Assembly (NCBI RefSeq): GCF_963921235.1
Contig: NC_086097.1
Location: 202,742,001 to 202,806,000, forward strand
Source of the DNA: Mobula hypostoma
Taxonomy: Eukaryota
Direction: 5' to 3'
Length of the DNA stretch: 64,000 nucleotides
Part shown: positions 49,456-63,399 of the stretch, piece by piece
How positions within the stretch are numbered: position 1 is the first letter of the stretch
How the letters are laid out: each line of letters opens with the position of its first letter
The notes under the pieces: model-generated
Databases searched by the model: none
What the model saw: the letters and a program-made list of their open reading frames with translations, nothing else
Told to the model about the DNA's origin: nothing
Translations under genes and position numbers: made by a program

Positions 49456-50034
49456 AGCAACGTTGTGGAACTGGTTTCTCCATTGTACAGATCATATCAT
49501 GAGCATCAAGTGCAAAGCAACCAAAGTAGAAGAAACACAGGTGAATTATTGCTTTGCCTGGAAGCAACAGAAAACCTTGGGAAACTACGGACCTGGGGTG
49601 GCAGAGAGACAAAGCAAAGTGAGGGGAGTTGGAAAGGTAGAAGGTGAAATAGATAGGACAAAAATATTTTGGACAACAATATGGGTTAAAGTACAGAAAA
49701 ATATCAAATGCCAGAATTAAAGGTGTGTCATGTGAATGCACACATATGCAGCATGGTAAATGAAAACTGCAGGTAGAAGTAAATATGACTCTGCCATTAA
49801 GGAAAGGTAGGTAGCTGCATTGTGACCAAAACTGGAGATGGCATATCCCAGGGTATTGAAATTTTCCGTCAGAAAGGAAGAGGATAGTGTGGCAATATTA
49901 ATAAAGGAGGTCATTAGAACAGTGGTGATAAATAACAGATCTTGAAAAGATAGGTATCAGTTGAGGTCAAGTTGAGAAATAGAAAAGGAATAAATAATCA
50001 GTAGGAGGTATTATAGACGATTAATTAGTTGTAA

Positions 50035-53000
50035 GTCCTGCCTAAGGGTCTCAGCCTGAAACATCGACTGAACTCTTTTCTATAGGTGCTGCCTGTCCTG
50101 TTGAGTTAGAACCATAGAACACTACAGCACAGAAAACAGGCCATTCGGCCCTTCTAGTCTGTGCCAAAACTTTAGTCCGCTAGTCCCATTGACCTGCACC
50201 CAGTCCATAACCCTCCCGACCTCTCCCATCCATGTATCTGTCCAATTTATTCTTAAAACTTAAGAGTGAGCCCGCATTTACCACATCAGATGGCAGCTCG
50301 TTCCACACTCCCACCACTCTCTGAGAGAAGAAGTTCCCCCTAATGTTCCCTCTAAACCTTTCCCCTTTCACTCTAAAGCCATGTCCTCTCGTACTTATCT
50401 CTCTTAATGTAAGTTGAAAGAGCCTACTCGGACTTACTCTGTCTATACCCCTCGTAATTTTGTAAACCTCTATCAAATCCCCCCTCATTCTTCTATGCAC
50501 CAAGGAATAAAGTCCTAACCTGTTCAATCTTTTCCCTGTAACTCAACTCCTGAAGACCTGGCAACATCCTAGTAAATCTTCTCTGCACTCTTTCAATCTT
50601 ACTGATATCCTTCCTATAGTTGGGTGACCAGAACTGCACACAATACTCCAAATTTGGCCTCACCAATGTCTTATACAACCTTACCATAACATCCCAACTC
50701 CTTTACTCAATACTTTGATTTATGAATGCCAGGATGCCAAAAGCCTACTTTACAGCCCTGTCTACCTGTGATGCCACTTTCAGGGAATTATGTATTTGAA
50801 CTCCCACATCCCTTTGTTCCTCTGCACTCCTCAGTGCCCTACCATTTACTCTGTATGTCCTACCTTGATCTGTCCTTCCAAAAAGCAACACCTCACACTT
50901 GTCTGCATTAAATTCCATCTGCCATTTTCTGGCCCATTTTTCCAGTTGGTCCAGATCTCTCTGCAAGCTTTGAAAGCCTTCCTCGCTGTCTACAACTCCT
51001 CCAATCTTAATGTCATCAGCAAACTTGCTGATCCAATTTACCACATTATCATCTAGATCATTGATATAGACAACAAACAACAATGGTCCCAGCACAGATC
51101 CCTGAGGCACACCACTAGTCACAGGCCTCCAGTCAGAGAAGCAATCATCCACTACCACTCTCTGTCTTCTCACACACAGCCAATTTTGAATCCAGTTTAC
51201 AACCTCTCCATGGATACCTCGTGTCTGAACCTTCTGAACTAACCTCCCATGTGGGACCTTGTCAAAGGCCTTACTAAATTCCATGTAGACAACATCCACA
51301 GCCTTTCCTTCATCTACTTTCTTGGTAACCTCCTCGAAAAACTCTACAAGATTCGTTAAACACGATCTACCACGCACAAAGCTGTGCTGACTATCCTTAA
51401 TCAGCCCTTGGCTGTCCAAATATTTGTATATCCAATCTCTCAGAACACCTTCCAATAATTTCCGTACTACTGATATCAGGCTCACTGGCCTGTAATTACC
51501 TGGTTTACTTTTGGAGCCTTTTTAAAACAATGGGACAACATGAGCTACCCTCCAATCCTCCGGCACTGCACCCGTGGCTGAGGACATTTTAATTGTTTCT
51601 GCCAGGGCCCCTGCAATTTCTACACTCATCTTTCTCAACGTCCGAGGAACTACCATGTCAGGCCTGGGGGATTAATCTACCTTTATTCTCTGTATGGCAG
51701 CAAGCACCTCCTCCTCTTTAATCTCTATATGTTCCATGACACTACTGCTTGTTTCCCTTCCTTCCATATACGCTATGCCAGTTTCCTGAGTAAATACTGA
51801 TGCAAAAAAACTGTTTAAGATCTCCCCCATCTCGTGAGGCTCCACACATAGACGACCATTCTGATCTTCTAGGGGACCAATTCTGTCCCTTACTATCCTT
51901 TTACTCTTAATATACTTGTAGAAACCCTTCGGGTTTACCTTCACATTATCTGCCAAAGCAACCTCATGTCTTCTTTTTGCCTTCCTGATTTCCTTCTTTA
52001 GTATTTTCTTTCATTTTCTGTACTCTTCAAGCCCCTCATTTGTTCTTTGTTGTCTATACCTGCTATGCACCTCTCTCTTTTTCTCAACCAGATCACCAGC
52101 ATCCCTTGAAAACCAAGGTTCCCTGTGCCTGTTAATGTTGCCTTTAATCCTGGCAGGAACATGCAAACTGCACTCTCAAAATTTCGCGTTTGAAGGCCTT
52201 CCACTTACTGAACACATCCTTGCCAGAAAACAACTCATCCCAATCCACTCTTCCTAAATCCTTTCTCACTTCTGCAAAATTGGCCCTTCTCCAATTTAGA
52301 ACCTCAACTCTAGGACCAGACCTATCCTTATCCGTAATTAACTTGAAACTAAAGACATTATGGTCACTGGACTCAAATTGTTTGCCTACACATACTTCTG
52401 TCACCTGACCTGTCTGGTTCCCTAATAGGAGGTCAATTATTGCATCCTGTCTCGTTGGTACCTCTATATATTGATTTAGAAATCTTTCCTGAACACATTT
52501 GACAAACTCCAAGCCATCCAGGCCTTTCACAGTGTGGGAGTCCCAGTCAATATGTGGAAATTTAAAATCCCCTACTATTACAACTTTCTGTTTCTTACAT
52601 CGGTCTGCTATCTCTCTGGAGATTTGCTCCTCCAATTCTTTCTGACTATTGGGCGGTCTATAATACAACCCTATTAGTGTGATCACACGTTTTCCATTCC
52701 TCAGATCCACCTATATGGCCTCTGTAGACAAGCTCTCCGGGCTGTCCTGTCTACGCACAGCTGTGGTATTTTCCCTGACTAGTAATGCCACTCCTCCCCC
52801 TCTATCATTCTGAAACAACGGAACCCCGGAACATTAAGCTTCCAGTCCTGCCCCTCCTGCAGCCAAGTCTTACTAATAGCAATAATGTCATAATCCCATG
52901 TGCTAATCCACGCTCTGAGCTCATCTGCGTTACCTACAATACTCCTTGCATTGAAATCAATGCATCTGAGAACATTTCTATCACGTACAAACCTTTGATT

Positions 53001-54224
53001 TCTGTCTGTACATGCAGTCCTCACATGACCTTTATCCGCCTCCACCTCACTATCTGCTCTAACACTCTGTTTCCCTTCCCCCTGCAAATCTAGTTTAAAC
53101 CCCCCCAGAGCAGCACTAGCAAATCTACCCACAAGGATGTCAGTCCCCCTCCAGTTCAGGTGCAAACTGTCCTGTTGGAACAGGTCCCACCTTTGCTGGA
53201 ACAAAGCCCAATTGTCCAGAAACATGAAGCCCTCCCTCCTGCACCATCTCCTTAGCCACGTATTTAGCTGCATTATCTTCCTGTTTCCAGCCTCACTAGC
53301 ATGTGGCACGAGTAGCAATCCTGAGATTGCAACCCTGGAGGTCCTGTCCTTCAACTTTGCACCTAACTCCCTAAGACTTCCTCCTCCTTCCTATCCATGA
53401 CATTGGTCCCTACGTGGACCTCGACATCTGGCTGCTCAACCTCCCTCCTGAGAATACTGAGAACTTGATCCGAGATACTGCGGACCCTGGCATCAGGGAG
53501 GCAACAGACCATCCGGGATTCTTGATGTCTCCCACAGAACCTCTGATCTGTCCCCCTAACTATCGAATCCCCTATCCTACTGCTCTCCTCTTTTCCCTCC
53601 TTCCTTTCTTAGCTGAGGGTCCATTCTCAGTGCCAGAGACGCGACCACTGCAACTTGTCCCTGGTAGGTCGTCCCCACCCACAGTATCCAAAACAGTATT
53701 GATGGGAATGGCCACAGGGGTGCTATGCTCTTTCTGTCGATTCCCCTTCCCTCTCCTGACAGTCACCCAGCTACCTGCCTCCTGACTTTTAGGGGTGACT
53801 GTCTCCCTGAAACTCCTGTCTATTTCTGCCTCTGCCTCACGAAGTTCATCCAGCTCCAGCTCCAGTTCCCAAACTGGGTTTGTCAGGAGCTGCAGCTGGA
53901 TGCACCTTTTACGGGTGTAGTCATCAGGGTCAATTGTGCTGTCCCTGACTTCCCACATACTGCATATGGAGCACTTGACTGTCCTAACTGCTGCCTCCAT
54001 TATCTACTCCTAAGTTAAATAAATTAATTAAAGGAACTTACCCAACCTTAGCTCACTGGGAGCAAGCTCGTTCTCAGCCTCTGCTCGCCGAGGCCTCTCG
54101 ATCCAAAGCCTCAAAGCTCCACTCCTACCTTGAGCCACTCACACACACTGGCCGCTCCTTGTTCCTCCAGCATTATGTGAGTGTTGCTTGGATTTCCAGC
54201 ATCTGCAGATTTTCTTTTTTTGTG
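50035..54224 (+). mobile_element. Short Penelope pLTR insertion (50035-50107 plus 54161-54224) split by a CR1 and itself inside an older + strand CR1 APE region
   Basis: 11-bp TSD attagttgtaa (50024-50034, 54225-54235). Decayed hammerhead at 50034-50069. The pLTR is continuous (gagtt|cctccagc). Confidence 0.85.
50108..54160 (-). mobile_element. Essentially full-length CR1 LINE (~4.05 kb), inactivated
   Basis: 5'UTR, ORF1 from ATG 54000 (CSIC..C zinc finger; esterase D.LHLN), ORF2 APE-RT ending at 50180, TTCTATGG tail, several frameshifts. Confidence 0.95.
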
Positions 54225-54904
54225 ATTAGTTGTAATGTTGGGTGCAGCATAAATTTGCAAATTAAAGATCCAGGCAACAAGTAATGCAATATTGGAGACT
54301 TTAACCTACATGTAGACTGTATAAACCAAATTTCTTGTAATTAGGTGGCTGATGAATTCACAGAATGTATTTGAGAATTTTTTCCAGATCAATATGTTGA
54401 AGAACAATCCAGGAAAAATCTCATTTTGCGCATGAGAAGGGTTTGAATGATAATCTAGTCGTCAAGGATGTTTTGGGCAGCGTAGCCATTATGTGATACA
54501 ATTTTACATTATATTTATGCTGGGCACTGATAGGTTAAATATAAGAAACCTTTTGTAACAGAGTTGTCTAAAACAAGAGTAAATTAGATAAGAACGGATT
54601 TGAGGAATAACTTTCTCACTGATCAGGTGGTGGAGGCAGGTGTAAATGGGAGATGGTGCCAGAGAGTAGCAGTTCTGTGTGCAGCACCCAAGGGAATTAT
54701 CAAATTTTCCTGTTTAGAACTACTATAGCGAGCGACTTCCGGTAGCGCTCATGGAGTGAAGTCGCGTTCTTGACTCGCTCCATTACCTCTGAGTTTTTTT
54801 ACTCTATGGTCAGCTATACTTTAATTAACCATTAAGGCATCAATTTTTATAATACTTTGAATTAAACTGAATTCTCTGACAATTGGAGGATACTTAGATC
54901 TGCT

Positions 54905-55786
54905 ATGTCTAAGAACGGGAAAAACGGCAAGGATGGTAAACCTTCGGCTAAACCGAAAGCTACGGATCTCCCTCCGACTGAATCACCGGTGACTTTGAAA
55001 GCGATATCGGAGTTAATTCAGAGGGAAGTTTCAACCTCTGTTAGGGAGATGATTCGTACGGAAATTGCAGGCTTTGTTAAAGATCTGATTCATGCGGAAA
55101 TCTCAACTAATTTCCAGAAAATTGCCGATTTAATTGATAAGATGCAAACATGTATTGCGGAACATCAGTCGGCTATATCTGATCTTCAAAAATTCGCGCA
55201 ACAAAGTGAGCTTAAGATGGGGAAAATCGAAGAAACAATTAATGTAATGAAGAAGAAACTTGACTTTTTGACTTTTAAAAACTCTGACTTGGAATCTAGA
55301 ATGCGACGGCAGAATTTACGAATGATCAGCGGGAGAGAAGCCGTGGAAGCTAACAACCCCATGAAATATTTCTCTCAACTTTTAAAAGATGCATTCCCTA
55401 CTGTATTTCCTGACCAACCACCGCTACTGGATCGTGTTCACAGAATCCCATCATACTCGTCTAGGTCAGATAGACCTAGGCATGTTATTTTACGTTTTCA
55501 TTACTTTCAAGACAAGGAGAGACTGTTTCGATTCGCTCGATCTAAAGGTTTCATTGATTTTTCGGATCTTAAGTTCCGATTCGTGGAAGATTTCAGTAAA
55601 CCAATCTGGGTCCAACGGGTTCGTTACAGATCTGTGATGTCGGAATTCTATAAGATGGATTTAAGACCAGCGCTGCTGTACCCTGCACGTCTAAGGATTC
55701 GCATGTTAGATGGAGCCCTTCGTTTTTTTGATTCTCCATCGGATGCCCAGAGTTATCTGGATCAACTTTCATCTTCAACATCTTAA
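54905..55786 (+). CDS. L1 ORF1p (coiled coil, RRM, CTD), intact, 293 aa
   Basis: DLESRMRRQNLR, LDRVHR, RPRHVILRFHYFQDKE, EDFS, LLYPARLRI. Confidence 0.93.
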   Translation: MSKNGKNGKDGKPSAKPKATDLPPTESPVTLKAISELIQREVSTSVREMIRTEIAGFVKDLIHAEISTNFQKIADLIDKMQTCIAEHQSAISDLQKFAQQSELKMGKIEETINVMKKKLDFLTFKNSDLESRMRRQNLRMISGREAVEANNPMKYFSQLLKDAFPTVFPDQPPLLDRVHRIPSYSSRSDRPRHVILRFHYFQDKERLFRFARSKGFIDFSDLKFRFVEDFSKPIWVQRVRYRSVMSEFYKMDLRPALLYPARLRIRMLDGALRFFDSPSDAQSYLDQLSSSTS

Positions 55787-56509
55787 TTGCCTTTTTTTTT
55801 AATTTTCTCCGTTGATCGGAGGCTGTGAATTGGTTGGTTTTAACTTTTCTGTGCCCTATTTGGGCAGAAAAGTTTACTTTTGATTTCTTAATATGGCTGC
55901 TAAACTTTCTTTTTAACTGCGTCATTTCTTTCTTTTCCCAGGGGATTCTGGGTGGTTACTTCCCTTTTGTCATCTTACGTATTTCCTGTGTGGCCTTAAA
56001 TTTTGTAGTTTTTTTTTAATTTTATTCTGTTTTGCTTTTTATAATCACTTTATGTTAATAATCCTATTTTTTTTTGTTGCTGTGTCTATTCATGAGTTTG
56101 AGGTTTATTGTGGTTTTTTTTAATATATATTTTCCGGCTTTTGTTCTGTTCTGTGTGTATTCTAATTGAGCTAACTTTTTTTTTACTTATTTTTTTACTG
56201 TTTTACAATTAGCTGATCCTTTTCATATTTATACCTTTTTTTTAGGGAGCATATACCGGAAGTCATGGGGGTAGTTTTAGCGCTTGCTTCTTTCTGGCGG
56301 GTCTGCTTTAGATTTTGCCTTGGGGTCTTGGGGTGGGGGGTGGTGGGAGGGGCTTCATGTTTTAGTTTGTTTTTCTTTGGGCTATATACATTATTGAAGT
56401 ACTGGTTGCGTCCTTTTCCCCGGTATCTTTTGTATGTTCTGTTTCCTCTCCGGGTTTGTGGGTCGCGCCTATTGTCAATCCTCCTTGTTGTGGGTTGACT
56501 TTAGGATTT

Positions 56510-59500
56510 ATAGAGTCTATTATTAATTTTGTCTCCTGGAATACTAATGGTCTTAATCATCCTATTAAAAGAAAAAAAGTTTTTAAAGTGTTCCGGAGAC
56601 TTAAAGCACAAATTTTATTTTTACAAGAGACCCATGTACGGAGGGGGGACAGACTACGTTTTTTCAAATTCTGGAAGGGACAACAATTTCATTCGAACTC
56701 CAATGCTAAGATTCGAGGCGTCTCTATTTTTATAGATTCCTCAGTTACTTTTATACAACAGGATATTATCTCTGATCCGAATGGTAGATTTTTATTGGTT
56801 AGTGGTTTACTATTTAATAAAAAAGTAGTTTTGGTTAATGTTTATGCTCCTAATATGGATTGTCCGGAATTTTATAAATCATTGTTTGATCAGTTTCCGA
56901 ATTTGAACGAGTTTTCATTGATTTGGGGCGGAGATCTTAATACCTGTTTATCTCCAGCTTTGGACCGTTCGGCTCCTTTACGGACTTTACCTAATAAATC
57001 TGCAAATTTGATTAATTTTTTTCTTTCTGATTCTGGGTCGACGGACATTTGGCGTTTTCTGCATCCTCAGGAAAAAGATTTTTCCTTTTTTTCACATGTT
57101 CATCATTCCTATTCAAGAATTGATTATTTTTTCATTGACTCTCGTCTTATTCCTTCAGTGATTAAATGTGATTATGATTCTATAACCATTTCGGATCATG
57201 CTCCACTTAAGCTTTCTATTAAAATTATGGCCAATATACCAAACAATAGACAATGGCGTTTTAATTCGCTGTTGCTTCAGGACTCGGACTTTGTTAATTT
57301 TATGAATGAACAGATTGAGCTTTTTTTTACAATTAACCATACAGAAGATATTTCGGTTAACACTCTTTGGGACACTTTTAAAGCCTATATTCGGGGTCAG
57401 ATTATTTCGTATTCCGTTGCTTTGAGGAAGAAACAGAAGCAGGAGGAGATGGCAATTGTGGACAAGATTAAAGAAATTGATAAGAAATATGTTATGGCTC
57501 CCTCTGAGGAGCTATACAAACAAAGAACTGAACTTCAAATGGAACACAGTTTACTACTCTCGTCCTCGATTGTAAACCAATTAAAGAAAACAAGAAGTGA
57601 TTTTTATGTTCATAGTGATAAAATTGGCAAGCTGCTGGCTAATCAATTGAAATCTAATTATGTTAAATCTCAAATCAATCAGATTTATAACCAAAATGAT
57701 CGATTGATATTGGATCATGTGGGGATTAATCAAACCTTTTGTGATTTTTATTCTTCTTTATATCAATCAGAGTCTCCTCGAGATTCTAAATATATGAATG
57801 ATTTTTTAGATAAGTTAGACTTCCCTCAGATTTCACAGGCTATGTCTTCTTTATTAGATACTTCCATTACAATGGATGAGATTAAGAATGTTATTTTTTC
57901 TATGAATCTGGGGAAAGCTCCTGGCCCTGATGGGTTTACCGTTGAATTTTATAAATGTTTTGCTTCTTTATTGATTCCTTGGCTCTATAAGGTTTTTGAG
58001 GCTTCTTTGAAACTTGGTAAACTTCCGGAATCTTTTAATAGAGCATCAATTTCTTTAATACTAAAGAAGGATAAAGACCCTGCTCAATGTGCATCTTATA
58101 GACCAATATCTTTATTAAATGTTGATTCTAAAGTTTTTTCTAAGTTATTAGCAAATAGACTAGAAAAAGTACTTCCTTCTATTATTTCGGAAGACCAAAC
58201 GGGTTTTATTAAAGGTCGTTACTCTTTTTATAATATTCGTACATTGTTAAATATCGTTTATACTCCCTCACAAAATGTTCCTGAGTGTGTTATTTCTTTA
58301 GATGCCGAGAAAGCTTTTGATAGAGTAGAATGGCCTTATTTATTTAAGGTGCTTGAAATGTTTAATTTTAGCTTGAAATTTATATCCTGGATTAAACTGT
58401 TATATCACTCCCCTGTAGCCTCGGTTCGTACTAACTCTTTAAACTCACCTTTTTTTCCTCTCTTTCGTGGTACTCGACAAGGCTGTCCTCTTAGTCCCCT
58501 ATTATTTGATATTGCATTAGAACCTCTTGCAATTGCTATTCGAGAATTTTCAAATATTACTGGGATAACTCGGGGATTAAAGTCCCATAAATTATCACTC
58601 TATGCTGATGATTTACTTTTATATATTTCTAATCCTGAGAGATCTATTCCTGCTGTTTTAGAGTTATTAGCACAATTTGGTCCTTTCTCAGGTTATAAAT
58701 TAAATCTTAGTAAGAGTGAACTTTTTCCGATTAATAAACATCTTCCCTTATATTATAAATTTCCATTTAAATTGATTAATAATTACCTTTCATATCTGGG
58801 ATTAAAATTACTTGTAAACATAAAGATTTATTTAAGACTAACTTTTTACCATTAATAGACCATATTACTCAACTTTCATCTAAATGGTTTCCCTTATATT
58901 TAACTTTGATTGGTCGTATTAATGCAGTTAAGATGTTTTTTTTGCCAAAATTTTTATATGTGTTTCAGGCATTACCAATTTTCGTTCCTAAATCTTTTTT
59001 TGATAAAGTCGACTCTAAAATTTCTTCATTTATTTGGCAGAATAAGAATCCGAGACTGGGTAAAATACATTTACAGAAAGCTAAGAGAGATGGAGGTTTA
59101 GCATTACCTAACTTTAGATTTTATTATTGGGCTATTAATATTCGACATATGAAATTTTGGTTACTTGACCGGGACATACTATCTATTCCTAAATGGGTAG
59201 CATTGGAATTACAATCTGTTCAGGGTTATACACTTGGTTCTATTTTAGGTTCATCTCTTCCCTTTGATTCGAAACGCCTTAAGCAGGTCTCTAACCCGAT
59301 CGTTAAATATGCTTTGCGTATTTGGTTTCAATTCAGAAAATTTTTTGATCTTAATCAATTCGGGTTAGCGATTCCTATTTTAGGTAACATATTTTTTCCT
59401 CCCTCTTTTACGGATCGCGCTTTTCAAACTTGGAAGACTAAGGGTATTTTACGGTTTTTGGATTTATTTTTAGATGGTTCCCTTATGTCTTTTGAACAAT

Positions 59501-60285
59501 TATCTAATAAATATAACTTATCAAGAATACATTTTTTTAGATATTTACAAGTTAGAAATTTCCTAAGTACTATACTTTCTTCCTTTCCAATGCTTCCTCC
59601 TATATATATTTTAGATTCGATAATTAACCTTAATCCATGTCAGAAAGGTGCATCGGCTATGATTTATAATATTATTATGAAACTTAGGAAAGCTCCATTT
59701 GATAAGATTAGGGTAGATTGGGAACAGGAATTGGGGCTTACCATTTCTGTGGATGATTGGGGGCAGATTTTACAATTAGTTAATACTTCCTCTATTTGTG
59801 CTAAACATTCCCTAATTCAATTTAAAGTGGTTCATAGAGCACATATGTCCAAAGATAAGTTAGCGCGTTTTTACACGCATATTAATCCTTTCTGTGATAG
59901 ATGTTCGGGGCAGATAGCCTCTTTAACTCATATGTTTTGGTCTTGCCCTACTTTGGAAACTTTTTGGAGAGATATTTTCAATATTATTTCTAAGGTATTA
60001 AATATAGATATCTCTCCTCACCCTATTACTGCTATCTTTGGACTACCTAAAATTTCTAGTAATCTTTCCCCTTCAGCCCGTAGAATGATTGCATTTCTTA
60101 CTTTGATGGCGAAAAGATGTATTTTACAACATTGGAAAGAGCTTAATGCTCCAACTACCTTTTTTTGGTTTTCTCAGACGATTTTATGTTTGAATCTGGA
60201 GAAAATTAGAAGTAACCTTTATGATTCTTCATTTAAATTTGAACAGATTTGGGGACCTTTTATTCGATATTTTCATTTAATGTAA
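56510..60285 (+). pseudogene. L1 ORF2p (APE, RT, CCHC) with one 1-bp frameshift at ~58800 and ATA at the expected start
   Basis: SWNTNGL, QETH, GGDLN, SDH, DAEKAFD, RQGCPLSP, YADD, CDRC..HMFWSC. The reading continues YLG|IKITCK..LTLIGRIN in the next frame. Confidence 0.93.
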
Positions 60286-60657
60286 TATTTACCCTTCTTG
60301 TTCTTTTTTCACTGTTTTAATGGAGGTCGGGATTGAGGACGTGATTTTAAGTTTAACTCTGTTTGGTTTCAAGTTAGCCCATTGCTTTGCTTTGCTTTTA
60401 GTTAGTTGCACGGTGGGTTTTTTTTGGGGGGTTTTTTTTTTCTTTTTTTTCCATTGATATATATAAAATCTAGTATACTATTATGTTATCTTGGTTTCTT
60501 ATGCTTAAATTACATTGTTTGTAGTATTTTCTTTTTGGTATTGTTATCTTTTGGAATTTTATTATACTTTAACATTGTATTAATGTTTATATGGCTTACC
60601 TTTTTTGTATACTTACTCAATAAAAAGATTTAAAAAGAAAGAAAGAACTACTATAGC

Positions 60658-61785
60658 CAAAATCTATAGTGGCAGTCACAGTTTCTTCAGTAAGCAACAT
60701 TATTTCAGGATGTTATAAAAATCTATCAATCTTAAAATCACCAGACTCCAGACTATACATCACCCAGGATGCGAGTACAGTTTCCATTGTTTAAGGAAGT
60801 GCAGCCGTCAGGCTGGACTGCAGGTAAAACTGAAACCTCCACTCTGTACCATCCTCCTGGCTAATATACGGTCTCTGACAACCTCAGAGAAAGATTGCAG
60901 TACCAGAAGGACATCAGAGGCTCTGTTTCACAGAGACGTGACTCACCCCCAGCACGCAGAACAAGCACTCCATCCTGAGGGCTTCAACTACCACCACACA
61001 GATCAGACATCTGTGTCAGGTAAAGGCAGAGGCAGCCAGGTTTGCTTCATGATTAACTCACAGTTCACAGACATAATGGTTCTGCCTTGGCCTTGCTCCC
61101 CCAACCTGCAACCAGGCAGTAAAGTGGACAGAGCTTTTTATCATCATCCTAGTTGCAGTATACATTACACCCCGACTGACGTTAGGTTGGCACTGGACAC
61201 TGCACCCGGATACCTTCCTGATCATCATGAGGGACTTCAACCAGGCTAGCTTGAAGAAATCTCTGACAAACTACCACCAACATGTCAACCTGTGGAACCA
61301 GAGTAGCCAATATACTTGACCACATTTACACCACCATCAAGGATACCTACCATCCCACACTCACATTTTGGTGAGTTCGATCACCTGGCTGTACTTCTAC
61401 TCCTGGCATACAGGCAGAGATTGAGGATGTAGCACCAGTGTTGAAGGTATGGTCAAGGGAGGCAGATGGAAGTTTACAGATTGCTTTGAATTGGTGGACA
61501 GGACCATATTCAGGGATTCATCTTAGGATGTGAATGAATTTGCCACAGTTGTCACTGACTTCATCAAGAACTGTGTGAATGAATGTATTTCTTTGAGAAC
61601 ATCCAAACCAGAAACCCTGGATGAATCGGGAGATGGCTAGATGTGTGGAGTTCAGGATGTATATTGTATACATTTCTCTGACATTAAATGTATCTATTGA
61701 CCTACTGATTTCAAGACCAGTGATCCAGAATCCTACAAGAAATCCAGGTCCAACTTATGGAGGGCTATTGAAAGAGTAAAAAGGC
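60658..61785 (+). mobile_element. Rex1/Babar LINE 5' (APE) part, degenerate; the 5' start probably lies at ~54646-54729
   Basis: ILLANIRSL..LQYQKDIR..CFTET, DFNQA and DHLAV-like remnants. Confidence 0.7.
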
Positions 61786-62120
61786 CTCTGGAGCAACACA
61801 CACAAAATGTTGGAGGAACTCAGCAGGTCAGGCAGCATCTGTGGAAGTGAATTAACAATTGAAGTTTTGGGCCGACACCCTCCTTCAAGACTGAAAAGGA
61901 AGGGGGAAGATGCCAAAGTAAAAATGTTGGGTGGGGGGTGTTGGAGAGATGAAGGAGGATAGTGAGAAGGTGATAGATGAAGCCAGGTGGGTTGGAAAGA
62001 TAAAAGGCTGGAGAGGAAGGAATCTGATAGAGTAGAGTGGACCATAGCAGAAAGGGAAAGGTGATAGGCAGATGAGAAGAGGTAGGAGGCATGAGTGAGG
62101 AATAGAAGAAAAGGTGCTGG
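61786..62120 (-). mobile_element. Penelope pLTR remnant with a decayed hammerhead (61857-61892)
   Basis: gcaacacacacaaaatgttggaggaactcagcaggtcaggcagcatc matches the other pLTRs. Confidence 0.75.
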
Positions 62121-62469
62121 TAAATACTGCTGTACTGCTGCCACAAAACCTGATAAACCTGATTCTGATTCTGAAGTATTTTCACAACGTTTAAATATCT
62201 GGATGAATGGTTGAATTACAAAAACATAAAAACTGCAGACCAAGTGCTGGTAAATGGGAGAGGAAAGGTAAGTACTTGGTGATCAGCATGGACATAATGA
62301 CTCAATGATTGTGCTGCATGACCCTAATACAGAAAAGTTACTGGATATGTTAAGAAATTAAGGGTCTGATGGGGATGGGAGCTGAAGGAATGGAGTATCA
62401 GCCAGAAAAAATAAATGCAAGTGAGATGGTGAGCTCAAAAACTGATAAAACTGTGAGGTTTGGGCTGCG

Positions 62470-63008
62470 TGTTTAAGAAAGGATGTGCTGATATTGGAGA
62501 GGGTCCAGAGAAGTTTTACAGGAATTATCCCTTGGGAATGAAAGGGTTAACATATGAGGAGTGTTTGATACCTCTGGGCCTGTACTCGCTGGAATTTAGA
62601 AGGATAAAGGGCAATCTGATTGAATATTGTTGAATATATAATTCTCATTGAAATGTAATGACTATTGAAAGACCCATATATAGTTGGAAAGGATGTTTCC
62701 ATTAATGGTAGAGTATATGACCTGGGGGCATGGACTCAGCATAGAAAGACATCCCTTAGAACATAGATGTGGAGGAGTTTCTATATCCAGAGGGTGGTGA
62801 ATCTCTGGGTTTATTGCCGCAGACGGCTGTGGAGGTCAAGTCACTGGGTATACTTAAAGACAGTTTGATAGGTTTTTTATTCACAAGGGTGTCAAAGGTT
62901 AAGAGTGGAGAATGAGGTTGAGAGGAAATATAAATCACCCATGATCGAATAGCAGAAGAGACTTGATAGGCTGAATGGCCTAATACTGCTTCTATGCCTT
63001 ATGGTCAC
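62470..63008 (+). mobile_element. CR1 3' fragment
   Basis: gagggtggtgaatct, gctgtggaggtcaagtcactggg, gctgaatggcct..cttatggtc tail. Confidence 0.8.
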
Positions 63009-63399
63009 AAAATCCAAGTGTTTTTTTTAATGCTTAATAAAAACCTGTAACACATTTCATTGAACTCCAAAACCCAAACACAGAAGTGTGCTAAAAATCT
63101 TTTTTCAATATTTTTATTTTTTATTTATTACAAACAAAAAAATACAAAAAAATACAGCACATCCACAAAAACCACAACCATAACAAAATCTAATTAAATA
63201 TTGAGCAGCAAAAGGGAGAAAAATATAAAGGCTAAAGTAAACACATACAGCAGAGGTGCACTGCACCAAAAAAACCTCAGTCCTCACATAATCAGTGTTG
63301 TGATTTACATTTTTCAAGTTTTTGTAGGTTTGATTTCTTCCTGTGAATTAAAGAGTAACACATGTAACCCACTATTTTAAGAAAGGGGGAAAAAATGCC

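Larger units (their letters stand above)
54730..60643 (+). mobile_element. Full-length L1 LINE (5914 bp), near intact
   Basis: 14-bp TSD agaactactatagc (54716-54729, 60644-60657), GACTTCCGG near the 5' end, two ORFs, AATAAA at 60619, A/(GAAA)n tail. Confidence 0.96.

Noticed and set aside
52779..53354. ORF fusing the CR1 ORF1 esterase to the ORF2 endonuclease
   Set aside because: The paralog at 3000-3200 keeps the two separate, so this is most simply a copy-specific frameshift.
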